A stretch of DNA of 56,968 bases from positions 1 through 56,968 of the IMG/VR virus record IMGVR_UViG_3300046779_001715; one strand, written 5' to 3'. A program made the position numbers and the translations under genes. Shown piece after piece: positions 8,761 to 19,257 of the stretch (positions are counted from its first letter, which is position 1; the number at the start of each line of letters is the position of its first letter). The stretch is from a virus. Taxonomy: Duplodnaviria > Caudoviricetes. The notes under the pieces are model-generated. The model searched no databases, was not told where the DNA came from, and saw only the letters and a list, made by a program, of their open reading frames with translations.

Positions 8761-10845
8761 TTAAACATCTGTTGTAGGTGCGGGATACTTGTGTCTAGCA
8801 CCCCAAGTTATTCTTACACCACCAACACCACCATTTGCTCGACCAGCAGTGTAGTTGTTACCTGAACCACCCCCGCCGCCACCGAACTGACCGCCTTGGC
8901 CAGTGCCTCCTGGAGCGGCACCGTCTTGTCCTCCGCTGCCTGCAACACCACCAGCATTAAGTGCTGATGATACTTGGCCAGTATCTTGTCCAGGTTCTTT
9001 ACCTGTGCCATATATTCCTGTACCACCACCGCCGGCACCCATCGCACCTGCGGCACCACCATTACGACCACTCGATGAACCACCCGTCATTGAAACTCTA
9101 TTAGCTACATATGGCGTTGGATAGTTTCCGTTTAGAGCTGAAGATGAATTTCTTCCGGCACCACCTGCCGTGCCTTGATATCCTCCTGCGCCACCACCGC
9201 TGCCACCAAAAGCAGTTGTCGATGAGTTACTTGTTCCACCAGCACCACCACTCATGCCTCCACTACTTTTAGCGACCGAATCTACTGAGTATGATCCGCC
9301 TGCCGGTGTACCACCGCCAACAGCTAATGCTGCACCGCCTCCGCCGGCCGTTAATAATACATGTATACCAGTAAATGTAATTGGTGAATCTAATGATCCA
9401 GCTGTTCGTGAACTTGTTATTCCATAAGTTCCTTCTTTACCATACTCACCTGTTTTAAATGAATTTATTTGAACCGCTGATACGCCTGTAGCTGATATAG
9501 TTATTCCATTTGTTATTAATCCTGAAATAACTTCGGTAATGTATAAATCTGTTCCTGATACAAAACCTTTAAATGAAACATTTCTATAAAGAACGCTAGG
9601 TTCACCTCTTGTTGCAGTGTTTAATGCTGTTGATTGTCCAGCAGCTCCTACCTCAACAGTAAATGATTCTCCGGGTTCACATCTGAAATTCGCCCACGCT
9701 AAAGCACCACCGCCACCGCTGCCTTTTCCTGTTGTAGTGGTGCCTTGCATACCTGCACCGCCACCACCTATAGCACATATTGAAAATTCTCTAACACCTG
9801 CTGGAACAGTCCATGTATATGTTCCTGGCGTAAAATAATTTTGTTGACTACTTGTTACAGCAGTTGAACCATAGTAGTCACCTGTGTTGGTTGATGGATA
9901 TCCTCTGCCTTCTCCCCACATTATTCTCACACAACCTCTTGCACCGAAACCGGAACCTGTACCTGGGTTTGCGTTTAATCCCCCGCCGCCACCGCCGCCA
10001 AATAAACCGGCATTTGGTGACCAACTTGAGGCACTCCAAGCTGATGCGATAGATTGTGCAGGTGGACTCTCAAAACTTGCGGCCGGCAGGCCACCTGAAC
10101 CGCCTACGCCAGCCCAACCACCTGTTGTTGAAGCGGCTGATCCGCTAGTGCCTTGACCCCAAGGTCCTGTTCCACCACCAGCACCTCCAGTGTCAGATGT
10201 AATACCTCCAGAACCACCACCGCCACCTCCGCTAGTACCTGATGTATATCCTGTATTATTAGGTCCACCAATTCCGCCTGTGATTGTTCCAATGTTTGCA
10301 ATCGAGGCATACCCTGCAGCTCCACCACCACCAGAACATCTCTCACTTGATGCTGCACTGGTTACATATGAAGGACCGCCATGGCTATAAGATGCGTCAG
10401 TTAAACCATATACACTATTTGTTCCACTAACTGATGTTGAAGTTGTACTTTGATTTGTACCTGCTAATGTTGTTCCACCACCTGGACCACCAGCAGCACT
10501 TAATAATCTTGTGGCACCTCTTGCGATATAAGATTCACCACCTGATCCACCACTTATAGCACTACCAATTGCGTTGCCACCACCACCCCCAACCACTACG
10601 GTAATTGATTCTCCTGGTTTTACTGGTATTTTATTACCCCATGCTAACGAACCACCATAACCACCGCCAGCTGGTGCAGTAGCGTGAGCTCCGCCACCGC
10701 CACCGCCGCCAATACAACAAACATGAATTTCATAAACACCTCTAGGTACAATCCAAGTAAACGTACCTGAACTGGATGTCCATTCTTCTTGACCCGCTAA
10801 TGCTATGTAATTCACTGCATTATTAATAAACATGACACCTGACAT
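8761..10845 (-). CDS. Glycine-rich adhesin-like protein with two tandem polyglycine domains
   Basis: Two units start T(F/Y)TW.VP.GV.E.....IGGGG and end G.VRI.WG; many GGG runs, reminiscent of gp38-type polyglycine-II sandwiches. Confidence 0.7.
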   Translation of the reverse strand: MSGVMFINNAVNYIALAGQEEWTSSSGTFTWIVPRGVYEIHVCCIGGGGGGGAHATAPAGGGYGGSLAWGNKIPVKPGESITVVVGGGGGNAIGSAISGGSGGESYIARGATRLLSAAGGPGGGTTLAGTNQSTTSTSVSGTNSVYGLTDASYSHGGPSYVTSAASSERCSGGGGAAGYASIANIGTITGGIGGPNNTGYTSGTSGGGGGGSGGITSDTGGAGGGTGPWGQGTSGSAASTTGGWAGVGGSGGLPAASFESPPAQSIASAWSASSWSPNAGLFGGGGGGGLNANPGTGSGFGARGCVRIMWGEGRGYPSTNTGDYYGSTAVTSSQQNYFTPGTYTWTVPAGVREFSICAIGGGGAGMQGTTTTGKGSGGGGALAWANFRCEPGESFTVEVGAAGQSTALNTATRGEPSVLYRNVSFKGFVSGTDLYITEVISGLITNGITISATGVSAVQINSFKTGEYGKEGTYGITSSRTAGSLDSPITFTGIHVLLTAGGGGAALAVGGGTPAGGSYSVDSVAKSSGGMSGGAGGTSNSSTTAFGGSGGGAGGYQGTAGGAGRNSSSALNGNYPTPYVANRVSMTGGSSSGRNGGAAGAMGAGGGGTGIYGTGKEPGQDTGQVSSALNAGGVAGSGGQDGAAPGGTGQGGQFGGGGGGSGNNYTAGRANGGVGGVRITWGARHKYPAPTTDV

Positions 10846-10846
10846 A

Positions 10847-11722
10847 TTAATCCGTATAATAAAGAGTTATCTTCAAACCTTTTGCGCCTGTGCCAGCAGC
10901 AAGAATGTCAACACTAATTTCTGCATCATCAGCTACTGATGTTGTCGAATATGATGTTGCTGTTAGAGCAGTTGTGCTTGTTTTTTCTGTTGCATCTATT
11001 GTTAATTTATTTGAACCAAGTATTGTTGTTCCTGCTACCTTAATATCAACGTTAACTATACCAGATGTTGAAGCAACATTCAGTGATGCTCTAGGTAGAG
11101 CCGTTAATGTCATTGCAGAAGGTGCTCTGAATGATGCTCTAGCAGAACTAACTGTAATGTTTGATGTATCGTCTGTTACTGCAAAAATTATAATTTCTGA
11201 ATTTGCTTTTGTAAAGGCGGCATTAGCCTGAGCTCTTGCCCATGTATCTTCACCTCCACCGCCACCACCAGTATTCGCTTGAGCATATGCCGCATTAGCG
11301 TGAGCAAAGGCTGCATTAGCATATTGTGATGCACCAGCCGCATCGTTAGTGGCTGTATTTGCCTGAATAAAAGCACCATTGGCATATAAAGAAGCACCAG
11401 CTGCATCGTTGGTCGCAGTATTTGCTTGAATGAAGGCACCATTTGCATATAGAGAAGCACCAGCCGCATTATTGGTTGCTGTATTTGCCTGTATAAAGGC
11501 ACCGTTGGCATATAAGGATGCAGAGTTGGCTGTATCACGTGCAACAGCATCTGCACCTCCACCACCTCCACCAGTATTTGCTTGTGCAAACGCCGCATTA
11601 GCCTGAATGAATGCTGCATTGGCATAGAAGGCCGCACTGTTTGCCTGGTCGAAGGCTGCTGGTACCAAAGATGAAAAGTCTTTGGTTGAATCTAATCGTG
11701 ATGGTGGTACTTTTGTTGGCAT
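10847..11722 (-). CDS. Fibre connector protein: Ala/Asn heptad repeats plus C-terminal beta domain
   Basis: 21-aa repeats ASLYANGAFIQANTATNDAAG bounded by poly-Gly hinges; about 115-aa beta-rich C-terminal domain. Confidence 0.65.
   Translation of the reverse strand: MPTKVPPSRLDSTKDFSSLVPAAFDQANSAAFYANAAFIQANAAFAQANTGGGGGGADAVARDTANSASLYANGAFIQANTATNNAAGASLYANGAFIQANTATNDAAGASLYANGAFIQANTATNDAAGASQYANAAFAHANAAYAQANTGGGGGGEDTWARAQANAAFTKANSEIIIFAVTDDTSNITVSSARASFRAPSAMTLTALPRASLNVASTSGIVNVDIKVAGTTILGSNKLTIDATEKTSTTALTATSYSTTSVADDAEISVDILAAGTGAKGLKITLYYTD
11325..11525 (-). repeat. 63-bp (21-aa) coding tandem repeat, about 3 copies
   Basis: ASLYANGAFIQANTATN(N/D)AAG occurs three times in the translation with matching DNA periodicity. 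Confidence 0.9.
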
Positions 11723-11743
11723 TCTATCTAACCTTTTTCACCT

Positions 11744-11751
11744 TATTTATT
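11744..11751 (-). promoter_or_regulatory. Putative late promoter (AATAAATA)
   Basis: TAAATA core in the short spacer upstream of the 291-aa ORF. Confidence 0.45.
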
Positions 11752-11754
11752 TCG

Positions 11755-12138
11755 TTAAATATCAATCTTGTTGACGTTTTCCCAATAATTATCACGTGTT
11801 GGTTTGCTTGATTTTGGATCATGTTGTTCACCAAATATATCTTCGATAACTTCACCATCAATATTTCTAAGAGCAAACACACAATAGTAATTTACATCAT
11901 CAGTCAAAGCAGTTATTATGTGTTTAGATTCTTTACGAATAACAATAAATGTTGGTGCAGTAAATGTTTTAGGTTCTTCACCATCAACACTAACACTCAC
12001 AGAACCACTTGTCAATAATGTAACGTGGTCGAAATAATGTTTGTGTCCTGAGTGAAAATCACCAGCATTTTCTATAATATTCTGTCTGACCCATATGTTT
12101 CCAAAGAAACCTAAATCAATATGCTTATGATTATTCAT
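11755..12138 (-). CDS. Cupin-fold protein
   Basis: GH.H.FDH.TLL.SGSV.V..DG (cupin motif 1) and I.I.....H.I.A (motif 2). Confidence 0.75.
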   Translation of the reverse strand: MNNHKHIDLGFFGNIWVRQNIIENAGDFHSGHKHYFDHVTLLTSGSVSVSVDGEEPKTFTAPTFIVIRKESKHIITALTDDVNYYCVFALRNIDGEVIEDIFGEQHDPKSSKPTRDNYWENVNKIDI

Positions 12139-15100
12139 TAGAATTTAGTGTGTGATGTTGTTGGTGGTGTTGTATTAGAGGTATATCGTGCATATCTACT
12201 AATTCTCAAATCTGTCATGTTACCTGTAATGTGAGTTGAACCTGCACCATCTTTACCTATGTAAAGGTATCGGTTACCCCAATTTTTAGTGTCACTATAT
12301 GTTGCACCTACTCTTGATCCATTTAAATATAAAGTGCTGATACCAGAAGAACGCACCAATGCAATATGATTCCATGCACCAAAAATAGGTGCGCCGCCAT
12401 TGATTGCTGCTCCAATGGTTGGTGAAATATAATATGTGATGTTACTGCCACTATAATATAGTAATAATCTATTAGTACCATCATTTGAATCTAACCAATC
12501 TTGTCTTGCGTTGACAGTTGGATAAGTCCAAAATTCGATTGTGAAATCACCTGTACCAAATGCATAATTTGGAGTTGATACTTGATACAAGTAATCACCA
12601 CTACCATCAAATAACATACTGCTCTTTTTGGTAGTATTTTTTGTGACAAAAGGCTGGAATGGTGTTACTTTTGTGTCACCAGTTCTTGTGAGTGTAAACG
12701 CATTAGTTGATTTATCAATAAATCTGTTTGACTGACAGGTTAACAAGCTAGTGTTTGCTATTGCAGTTAATGTTGAAGTAGGTGGTGTGGTGTTTGCAGT
12801 GTACAATGCAGTGCCACTCAACACTCTTAAGTTACTAATATAACCGTTAAAATAATCTAGTGGAGTGTTTGGATAGTATCCAATTCTTGCATTGGTTTGA
12901 AATATTGAATTTGTCCAATTTGCTGATGATACATCAATTACACCATTCAAAAATATTCTAAGTGTATTACTTGCATCTCTAGTTACTGCAATATGATTCC
13001 ATTGATATGGTGGTACTGTTGTTGCACCAGTGATGTTACCTGAAGGGTGTGTAATTGTTAATTTGTTGGATGTGTTTATATTAATAGTAAATCTATTAGA
13101 ATCGGATGTGTTATACTGAGAGTATATCATCTGATTGGTGGAAGTATTAACTTTGTTGGTGTATATCCATGCTTCAATTGTGAATTGACCAGTACTTGGT
13201 ACGGGTATTCCAGTAACATCCAAATAGTCACCAGTGCCATCAAAGTAATTACTATAGTTTTCATAATAAGGACTATTTGATGTTGTCGATTTTACTTGAC
13301 CAAGAGTTTCAAGGCTGCCAGTCATTGAATAATCTGGAATTCCAGGTGCATTATTAATTAATAAAACATCATTAACTGTTGTTGTTGGTGCCGCTGGTGG
13401 ATAGAAAGTTGATGTATATAATCCGGTACCTTTTACAACACGAACATTGCTCATAAATCCAGTAACAACTGTTGTACCACCACCATCTTTACCAATATAC
13501 ACTGGTTGATTAGTAGAAAAATTATTACTGTCTGCATATGTGCTACCAACTTGTGTTCCATTTATAAACAACCTAGTTGATCCAGAAACACGACAAAGAG
13601 CAATGTGTTGCCATGCAGCTAATGCCATGGTAGAACCAGTAATTGCAGTTGTGGAACCTACAAAGTAATTGATATTTGTGCCATCATAATAAATTAGTAA
13701 CCTGGTACCGCCGCCATTACAATCAAACCAATCTTGTCTTGCGTTAACAGTTGGATAAGCCCAAAATTCAATAGTAAAATCACCTGTACCAAATGCAAAT
13801 GCTGAGCTTGATGAAACAGTTAAATAATCTCCTGTGCCATCAAAGTAAACACTACCACCATATTTGGTTGTGTCCCAAGGTTGTGCGCCGCTTGTTGTGT
13901 AATTATAAAATGGGTTTGCAGTCTTGGTTGTAACAGTTGCGGTGATTGTTGCTGTATTTGCTTTGTTGACTGATAAATCTTCAAAAATATTTGATGATGT
14001 TAGGGATAGATAACTTGTACCGTTTGCAAATGGACTGAATGAATTAGTACCAGCAGCACCACCGGCCGCAGTTATGGTAAATACATTATTACTTCTATCA
14101 ACAATTGATGTAGATTGAGCAATCAACAACTGTGTATTTGCAATTGCTGTTAATGGGCTTGTAGGTGTTGAGGTGTTTGCTGTATATAATCCAGTACCTT
14201 TTAAGATTCTGATATTACTCATATAACCGGTAACAACAGTTGAACCGCTGCCATCTTTTCCAACATAAACCGGTTGATTACTAGAATAGTTTGTAGTATC
14301 TGTATATGTGCTGCCAACTTGTGTTCCATTTATAAACAACTTAGTTGATCCGGATACACGAGACACAGCAATGTGTTGCCATGTATTTAATGCCATGGCA
14401 GGACCAGTAATTCTATCTGAGTTACTTGCATTATAAACAATATTAGTACCATTATAATAAACCAATAATCTAGGACCAGTGCCGTTATTTACATCAATCC
14501 AGTCTTGTCTATTGTTTACTGTAGGGTATGCCCAAAACTCAACAGTGAAGTCTCCTGTACCAAACGCAAAGGCTGCATTTGATGGAACAGTTAAATAATC
14601 ACCAGTACCATCAAAGAAAACAGAACCACCATATACAGGTATTTCTGGTATTGCAGCAATGTTTGTTCCTGCACTTTGTGTTACAGTCAATTTCGATGTT
14701 GGTGGTGTAAAGTTTCCTGTGTATACGCCAATATTTCTAACGATACGTAAATTACTGATGCTGCCATTAAATTCAGATGTTGAATAACCTGGACTATCAC
14801 CAACACTACCTATTGTTAATGTGTTGGTGCCACCAAAATCATCATTCGTTGTATATGTAGAACCAACTTGTGTTCCATTGATATACAATTTAGTTGATCC
14901 TGCAATTTTAACTATGGCCGCATGATACCATTTGTTTGTGGTAACCACACCTGTTCCTGTGATTACTCCAGTATTTCCAATATTATAAACCACATTTGAA
15001 CCAGTGGTAAATAACATAGGTCTAGCATATGAACCACCAGAACCACTGTATCTAAGGTCCCAAATCCAATTGTTTTCTGTATTTGTAACAAAGAACCAAC

Positions 15101-18100
15101 ACTCAATTGTGAAATCGTTTGTGCCTAATCCAAATATTGGTGTTACACCTGCAGCTGATGGAATAATTGCATAACCAGAACCATTGAAAAGAGCACTATA
15201 AGTTGAAGGTGTCACAGTAACATTATTGAATGGACTATATTTTTGAACTGATGCGTCAGCAACTTTTGTTATTGAAAGATTATTTGGACTGTTATCGACA
15301 AAAGAATTTGATTGACAGGTCAATACGGTTGTATTAGCAACTGCTGTTAGTGGTGATGTGCTCGGTGTAAATGCTGAATCGTATAAAGATGTTCCTTTTA
15401 CAAAACGAACATTGCTTATGTAACCATAAAATATAGAGTTGGTATCAGATGCACTTCCACCAATGTTTAATGTATTTGTCGTTGCAGTTAATGATGCACT
15501 GGATGTAAATGTATGTACTTGTGTACCATTTAAGAATACTCTAAATGTTGAACCACTTCTAGTATAAGCTAAATGATACCATTGGTTGACTGCTACTGTA
15601 CCTAATGCTACCTGATTTGCCAAATTCCAAGAACCGTTATCAGAACTTGCATATAATTTTAAAGCACCACTACCTTCTATCCAAAACAAATATGGTACAA
15701 CACTAGCAAGCCTGTGAGATATAATGTATTGAGCACCAGAACCACTGGTGCCTGTAAGTACCATTGTATTGAACCATAGTTCTAGTGTAAAGTCTGATGT
15801 TCCTAATGTACCATGTTCAGTTGAAGATGCTACGGTCAAATAATCTCCAGTACCATCAAAGTAAGCACTCCAATTACTTCCATATGGATTTAGACTATTT
15901 AATGATGCGTTACCACTTCTAGTAATAAGGTTTTTAAACGAACTATTGTCAACAATCAAACTATTTGTACTTGATTGTTTTGTTTGACACATTAATAAAG
16001 CAGTATTTGGAGAATCACCTGAAGATGCTGGTAAATAAGGTGCAGTGAAAGCACTACTATAAAGGCCTGTTCCTTTTATGATTCTGAAATTAGACAAATA
16101 AAATAGTGCTGCACCACCAGCATTTGGTCCGATTGGACGAGCTGGGCTGGCAGAGTAATTATTTGTATCTGTTATAGAAAATACCTCAACACCATTTAAG
16201 AAACCTTTTGTTACACCTGAAACTCGACTAACTGCAATATGTGACCATGCATTAATTGGTATAATACCCGTTGCGCTAGTTCCAATATTTGAACCATTAA
16301 AACCCCAAATAATTCCACTATTATAATGTATAAGGTACCAGGTATTTGTTAATGTAGTTGGTCTAGAAATATTATGACCAGTGGTTGTACCGGCATTAGT
16401 TGCCCACAACCAACAATCAACAGTAAAGTCACCGGTTCCAAATATTTGTCCTGCACTATTAGCAGTGCCTTGCATACCTACCAAATAATCAGATGTTGTG
16501 GGGAAGTATGTTGAACCTTCATTACCGGAAAGTGTTAAGGTTTGATTATTTGCGGTAATTGATGTTACATTTGTTAAGAATGGGTTGACTTGAGAAATGG
16601 TGGTATCACCATTCTTTGTAATAGTAATTACATTGTTTGAGTTGTCAATGAATCTATTTGATTGACATGTTAGTAAACTTGTATTTGCAACTGTTGTTAG
16701 TTGTGATGTTGGTGGAGTGAATGCTGAAGTGTATACTGCTGTGCCTTTGATGACACGAAGGTTGGAAATATATCCGGTAGTGTGACCTTGGGATGATTGT
16801 CCACCTATAGTAAAACCAGTTTGAGTATAATTTGTGCTTACTGCTCCCGAAGTTAATAAAACACCATTTTTAAAAATGTAGGCGGTGCCACTTTTTCTAG
16901 TTATTGCATAATGATTCCAAGAATTAATGGTTTCAGTAGATGTTGCAGTTAGGTCACTAGCAGTATTAAATCTTGCCAATTGAATTGCTGTACTGGTAAT
17001 ATAAATTGACAAATAAGTTGTTGTTCCACCAGTTGCATAAGTAGCAGTATAGAAGACATTTCCTGGTGTGCTTGCTCCTGGAGCAGCAGTCCAATATGCC
17101 CAAAATTCGATTGTGAAATCTTCTGTGCCTATAGCTAAATTAGTATTGCTAGCACCACTTAAATAATCCCCAGTACCATCAAAATAGTTACTGTAGTAAC
17201 CTTCTGTGTATGGATTCATTGAACTAACGACTGGTGCACCTGTTGCCACCATATCAATATAATTAATGCTTGCATCACTATCAAAAGGCGTTGCAAGCGA
17301 ATCACTATTTAACAATAAATTATTGTATTTGAAATAAAAGTCATTAAGAGAAATCGTCCAACCTACATATCTTACAGCACTTCTTCCTGTTGTCGCTGCG
17401 GTTGCAGTCAGTGTTGTGTAAATTGTTTCAGATGTATTTGGTGTACCATAGATTGTACTACCACTGATAAACACATTTGCAGGTAAAGTATTTGCTGTAT
17501 ATGTGATGCCATAACCTGCTGCACTTGTAGCAGACAAAGTTACGTTACTCATTGGTGCATTGCCAACTAATTCATATAAATTATTATTTTCTGGTGAACT
17601 CCATGTTACAACATCGGTGTTAATTGTTAACGTGAATGCTCTAGTTGTATTTTGATTTTCACTATCTATTGCATCAACAGTAAATGAATATGTTGTACTT
17701 GAGTTATCTACTGGTGCGGTGCCTGAAATTAAACCATTGGCTGATAGTGTTGATCCAGAAGGCAAAGAACCTGATAACAATGAATATGTAATTGAACTAT
17801 CGCTTGTTGCAATGATTGATTCATTGATTGATGTGGTTTCATAGAATGAACCAATGCTTCCGGCAGGTGTTAAGTATGTTGGAAATCCAGAGTATACTAA
17901 ACCTGGTACCAAAATGCCTGTACCACCACCAGAATTTGTAACAAAAACAGTATAACTACCAGACGATAGTGCTGGTGCAATGAAGGATAATCTATTTTGA
18001 TCCAAGAATGTTACTACTGATATTGTAGTACTACCAACAAGAACGGTTGCACCAGGTGCAAAACCTGAACCATTAATAATGATGGTTTGACCACCAGCTG

Positions 18101-18260
18101 GATCAACAGTCGTATCGTCTAATGGAACATAAGAAACATCTGTGACTGTAAAGGAGTTAACTGTTGGTATTAGAAAAGTTTGTTGATTGAAGTGTTCACC
18201 AAGACCTATTAATCCTATACCATCACGTGCTCTTTTACCTCTAGAACCGGAATTAAACAT
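12138..18260 (-). CDS. Large virion adhesin: IPT/TIG and Ig-like domains followed by about 8 LamG/concanavalin-A-like domains
   Basis: N-terminal GGQTI.I.GSGF..GATV (IPT-like) and SGSLP.G.TL...G.ISGT (Ig-like), then 8 modules with FDGTGDYL...GTGDFTIE.W...W.HIA..R......F.NG...GYISNLR. Confidence 0.85.
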   Translation of the reverse strand: MFNSGSRGKRARDGIGLIGLGEHFNQQTFLIPTVNSFTVTDVSYVPLDDTTVDPAGGQTIIINGSGFAPGATVLVGSTTISVVTFLDQNRLSFIAPALSSGSYTVFVTNSGGGTGILVPGLVYSGFPTYLTPAGSIGSFYETTSINESIIATSDSSITYSLLSGSLPSGSTLSANGLISGTAPVDNSSTTYSFTVDAIDSENQNTTRAFTLTINTDVVTWSSPENNNLYELVGNAPMSNVTLSATSAAGYGITYTANTLPANVFISGSTIYGTPNTSETIYTTLTATAATTGRSAVRYVGWTISLNDFYFKYNNLLLNSDSLATPFDSDASINYIDMVATGAPVVSSMNPYTEGYYSNYFDGTGDYLSGASNTNLAIGTEDFTIEFWAYWTAAPGASTPGNVFYTATYATGGTTTYLSIYITSTAIQLARFNTASDLTATSTETINSWNHYAITRKSGTAYIFKNGVLLTSGAVSTNYTQTGFTIGGQSSQGHTTGYISNLRVIKGTAVYTSAFTPPTSQLTTVANTSLLTCQSNRFIDNSNNVITITKNGDTTISQVNPFLTNVTSITANNQTLTLSGNEGSTYFPTTSDYLVGMQGTANSAGQIFGTGDFTVDCWLWATNAGTTTGHNISRPTTLTNTWYLIHYNSGIIWGFNGSNIGTSATGIIPINAWSHIAVSRVSGVTKGFLNGVEVFSITDTNNYSASPARPIGPNAGGAALFYLSNFRIIKGTGLYSSAFTAPYLPASSGDSPNTALLMCQTKQSSTNSLIVDNSSFKNLITRSGNASLNSLNPYGSNWSAYFDGTGDYLTVASSTEHGTLGTSDFTLELWFNTMVLTGTSGSGAQYIISHRLASVVPYLFWIEGSGALKLYASSDNGSWNLANQVALGTVAVNQWYHLAYTRSGSTFRVFLNGTQVHTFTSSASLTATTNTLNIGGSASDTNSIFYGYISNVRFVKGTSLYDSAFTPSTSPLTAVANTTVLTCQSNSFVDNSPNNLSITKVADASVQKYSPFNNVTVTPSTYSALFNGSGYAIIPSAAGVTPIFGLGTNDFTIECWFFVTNTENNWIWDLRYSGSGGSYARPMLFTTGSNVVYNIGNTGVITGTGVVTTNKWYHAAIVKIAGSTKLYINGTQVGSTYTTNDDFGGTNTLTIGSVGDSPGYSTSEFNGSISNLRIVRNIGVYTGNFTPPTSKLTVTQSAGTNIAAIPEIPVYGGSVFFDGTGDYLTVPSNAAFAFGTGDFTVEFWAYPTVNNRQDWIDVNNGTGPRLLVYYNGTNIVYNASNSDRITGPAMALNTWQHIAVSRVSGSTKLFINGTQVGSTYTDTTNYSSNQPVYVGKDGSGSTVVTGYMSNIRILKGTGLYTANTSTPTSPLTAIANTQLLIAQSTSIVDRSNNVFTITAAGGAAGTNSFSPFANGTSYLSLTSSNIFEDLSVNKANTATITATVTTKTANPFYNYTTSGAQPWDTTKYGGSVYFDGTGDYLTVSSSSAFAFGTGDFTIEFWAYPTVNARQDWFDCNGGGTRLLIYYDGTNINYFVGSTTAITGSTMALAAWQHIALCRVSGSTRLFINGTQVGSTYADSNNFSTNQPVYIGKDGGGTTVVTGFMSNVRVVKGTGLYTSTFYPPAAPTTTVNDVLLINNAPGIPDYSMTGSLETLGQVKSTTSNSPYYENYSNYFDGTGDYLDVTGIPVPSTGQFTIEAWIYTNKVNTSTNQMIYSQYNTSDSNRFTININTSNKLTITHPSGNITGATTVPPYQWNHIAVTRDASNTLRIFLNGVIDVSSANWTNSIFQTNARIGYYPNTPLDYFNGYISNLRVLSGTALYTANTTPPTSTLTAIANTSLLTCQSNRFIDKSTNAFTLTRTGDTKVTPFQPFVTKNTTKKSSMLFDGSGDYLYQVSTPNYAFGTGDFTIEFWTYPTVNARQDWLDSNDGTNRLLLYYSGSNITYYISPTIGAAINGGAPIFGAWNHIALVRSSGISTLYLNGSRVGATYSDTKNWGNRYLYIGKDGAGSTHITGNMTDLRISRYARYTSNTTPPTTSHTKF

Positions 18261-18619
18261 TAAGAAATTTCCTCAAAAGAACAAACACCTTGCAGTCTAC
18301 TATTGTTTCCTGCTGTCAATCTTAATGCATCACCCTCCATCAAATATAAAGAAAGTGTTTTATCTATCGCAGTGAATGATGTATCAGCCAATACAGAAAC
18401 TGTACTTACGATTTTATAAGCGGTTGTGTTTCTATACAAATCCACAGTAATATCTGATGCATTTGTACCATCAATATTGGAAATAATTAAAGTATTTATT
18501 TTATAAACTTTACCACTTGCTGATGGATTTTCAACAATTGCTGTTGCAGATGTGGTTATAGATTGTACTGCTGTGTTTCCAATAATTGTTGTTACATTGA
18601 CTATGTTTGGATTTGCCAT
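18260..18619 (-). CDS. Small beta-rich hypothetical structural/adaptor protein
   Basis: 119-aa ORF with AGGA RBS; similar to the 108-aa ORF at 19258-19584 (I.NI...A....V, L..GD.L...A/S motifs). Confidence 0.65.
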   Translation of the reverse strand: MANPNIVNVTTIIGNTAVQSITTSATAIVENPSASGKVYKINTLIISNIDGTNASDITVDLYRNTTAYKIVSTVSVLADTSFTAIDKTLSLYLMEGDALRLTAGNNSRLQGVCSFEEIS

Positions 18620-18629
18620 TTTTTATTCC

Positions 18630-19256
18630 TTAAATGCCAAATATTATTGACATTGCAATAGATTTTCCCGTGGAAACTCCGCCACTTGTTACAGTATTTA
18701 TTACTGTATTTCCACTTAATGTAGTTACTTCAACCTTTGCACCATTTTCAAATGTTGAATCGAATGTGATTATATTATTTGTTACTGTATAAGTACTTCT
18801 TAACTGTATAATACCATCAACAACAGCAGTGACAAAATTTTCATCTGGTGGGTTTGCACTTAAAGTAAAGGTTGTAGTTAAACCATTTGCTGTGAATTGG
18901 TCTGTGTATACTGTTAATGCAGTATTTGAAGATGTGTTTGCTTTGTCAAAGGCAGCATTAGCGGTGTCTCTAGCATACGCATCTGTTGAACTTCCACCAG
19001 TATTTGCTTGAGCAAATGCCGCATTGGCTTGTATAAAGGCTGCATTGGCATATTGCGATGCGGCCGCAGCATTATCTGTAGCAGTGTTGGCTTGTGCATA
19101 GGCAGAATTAGCATATGCACCAGTTGTATTTTGTGAATCATAGGCTGAGTTTGCTTTAACAAACGCAGAGTTTCCAGTCAGGTATGCCGAGTTGGCATAA
19201 GAACCTGCCGTTCTTACTTCTTTGTTTGATTGGTCACCTATGTAAGTAAACTTCAT
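18630..19256 (-). CDS. Fibre connector: Ala/Asn heptads, about 60-aa beta module, hydrophobic C-terminal tail
   Basis: ANSAY repeats, then FTANGLTTTFTL...VDGIIQ...ITF module, ending TGKSIAMSIIFGI. Confidence 0.65.
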   Translation of the reverse strand: MKFTYIGDQSNKEVRTAGSYANSAYLTGNSAFVKANSAYDSQNTTGAYANSAYAQANTATDNAAAASQYANAAFIQANAAFAQANTGGSSTDAYARDTANAAFDKANTSSNTALTVYTDQFTANGLTTTFTLSANPPDENFVTAVVDGIIQLRSTYTVTNNIITFDSTFENGAKVEVTTLSGNTVINTVTSGGVSTGKSIAMSIIFGI

Positions 19257-19257
19257 A

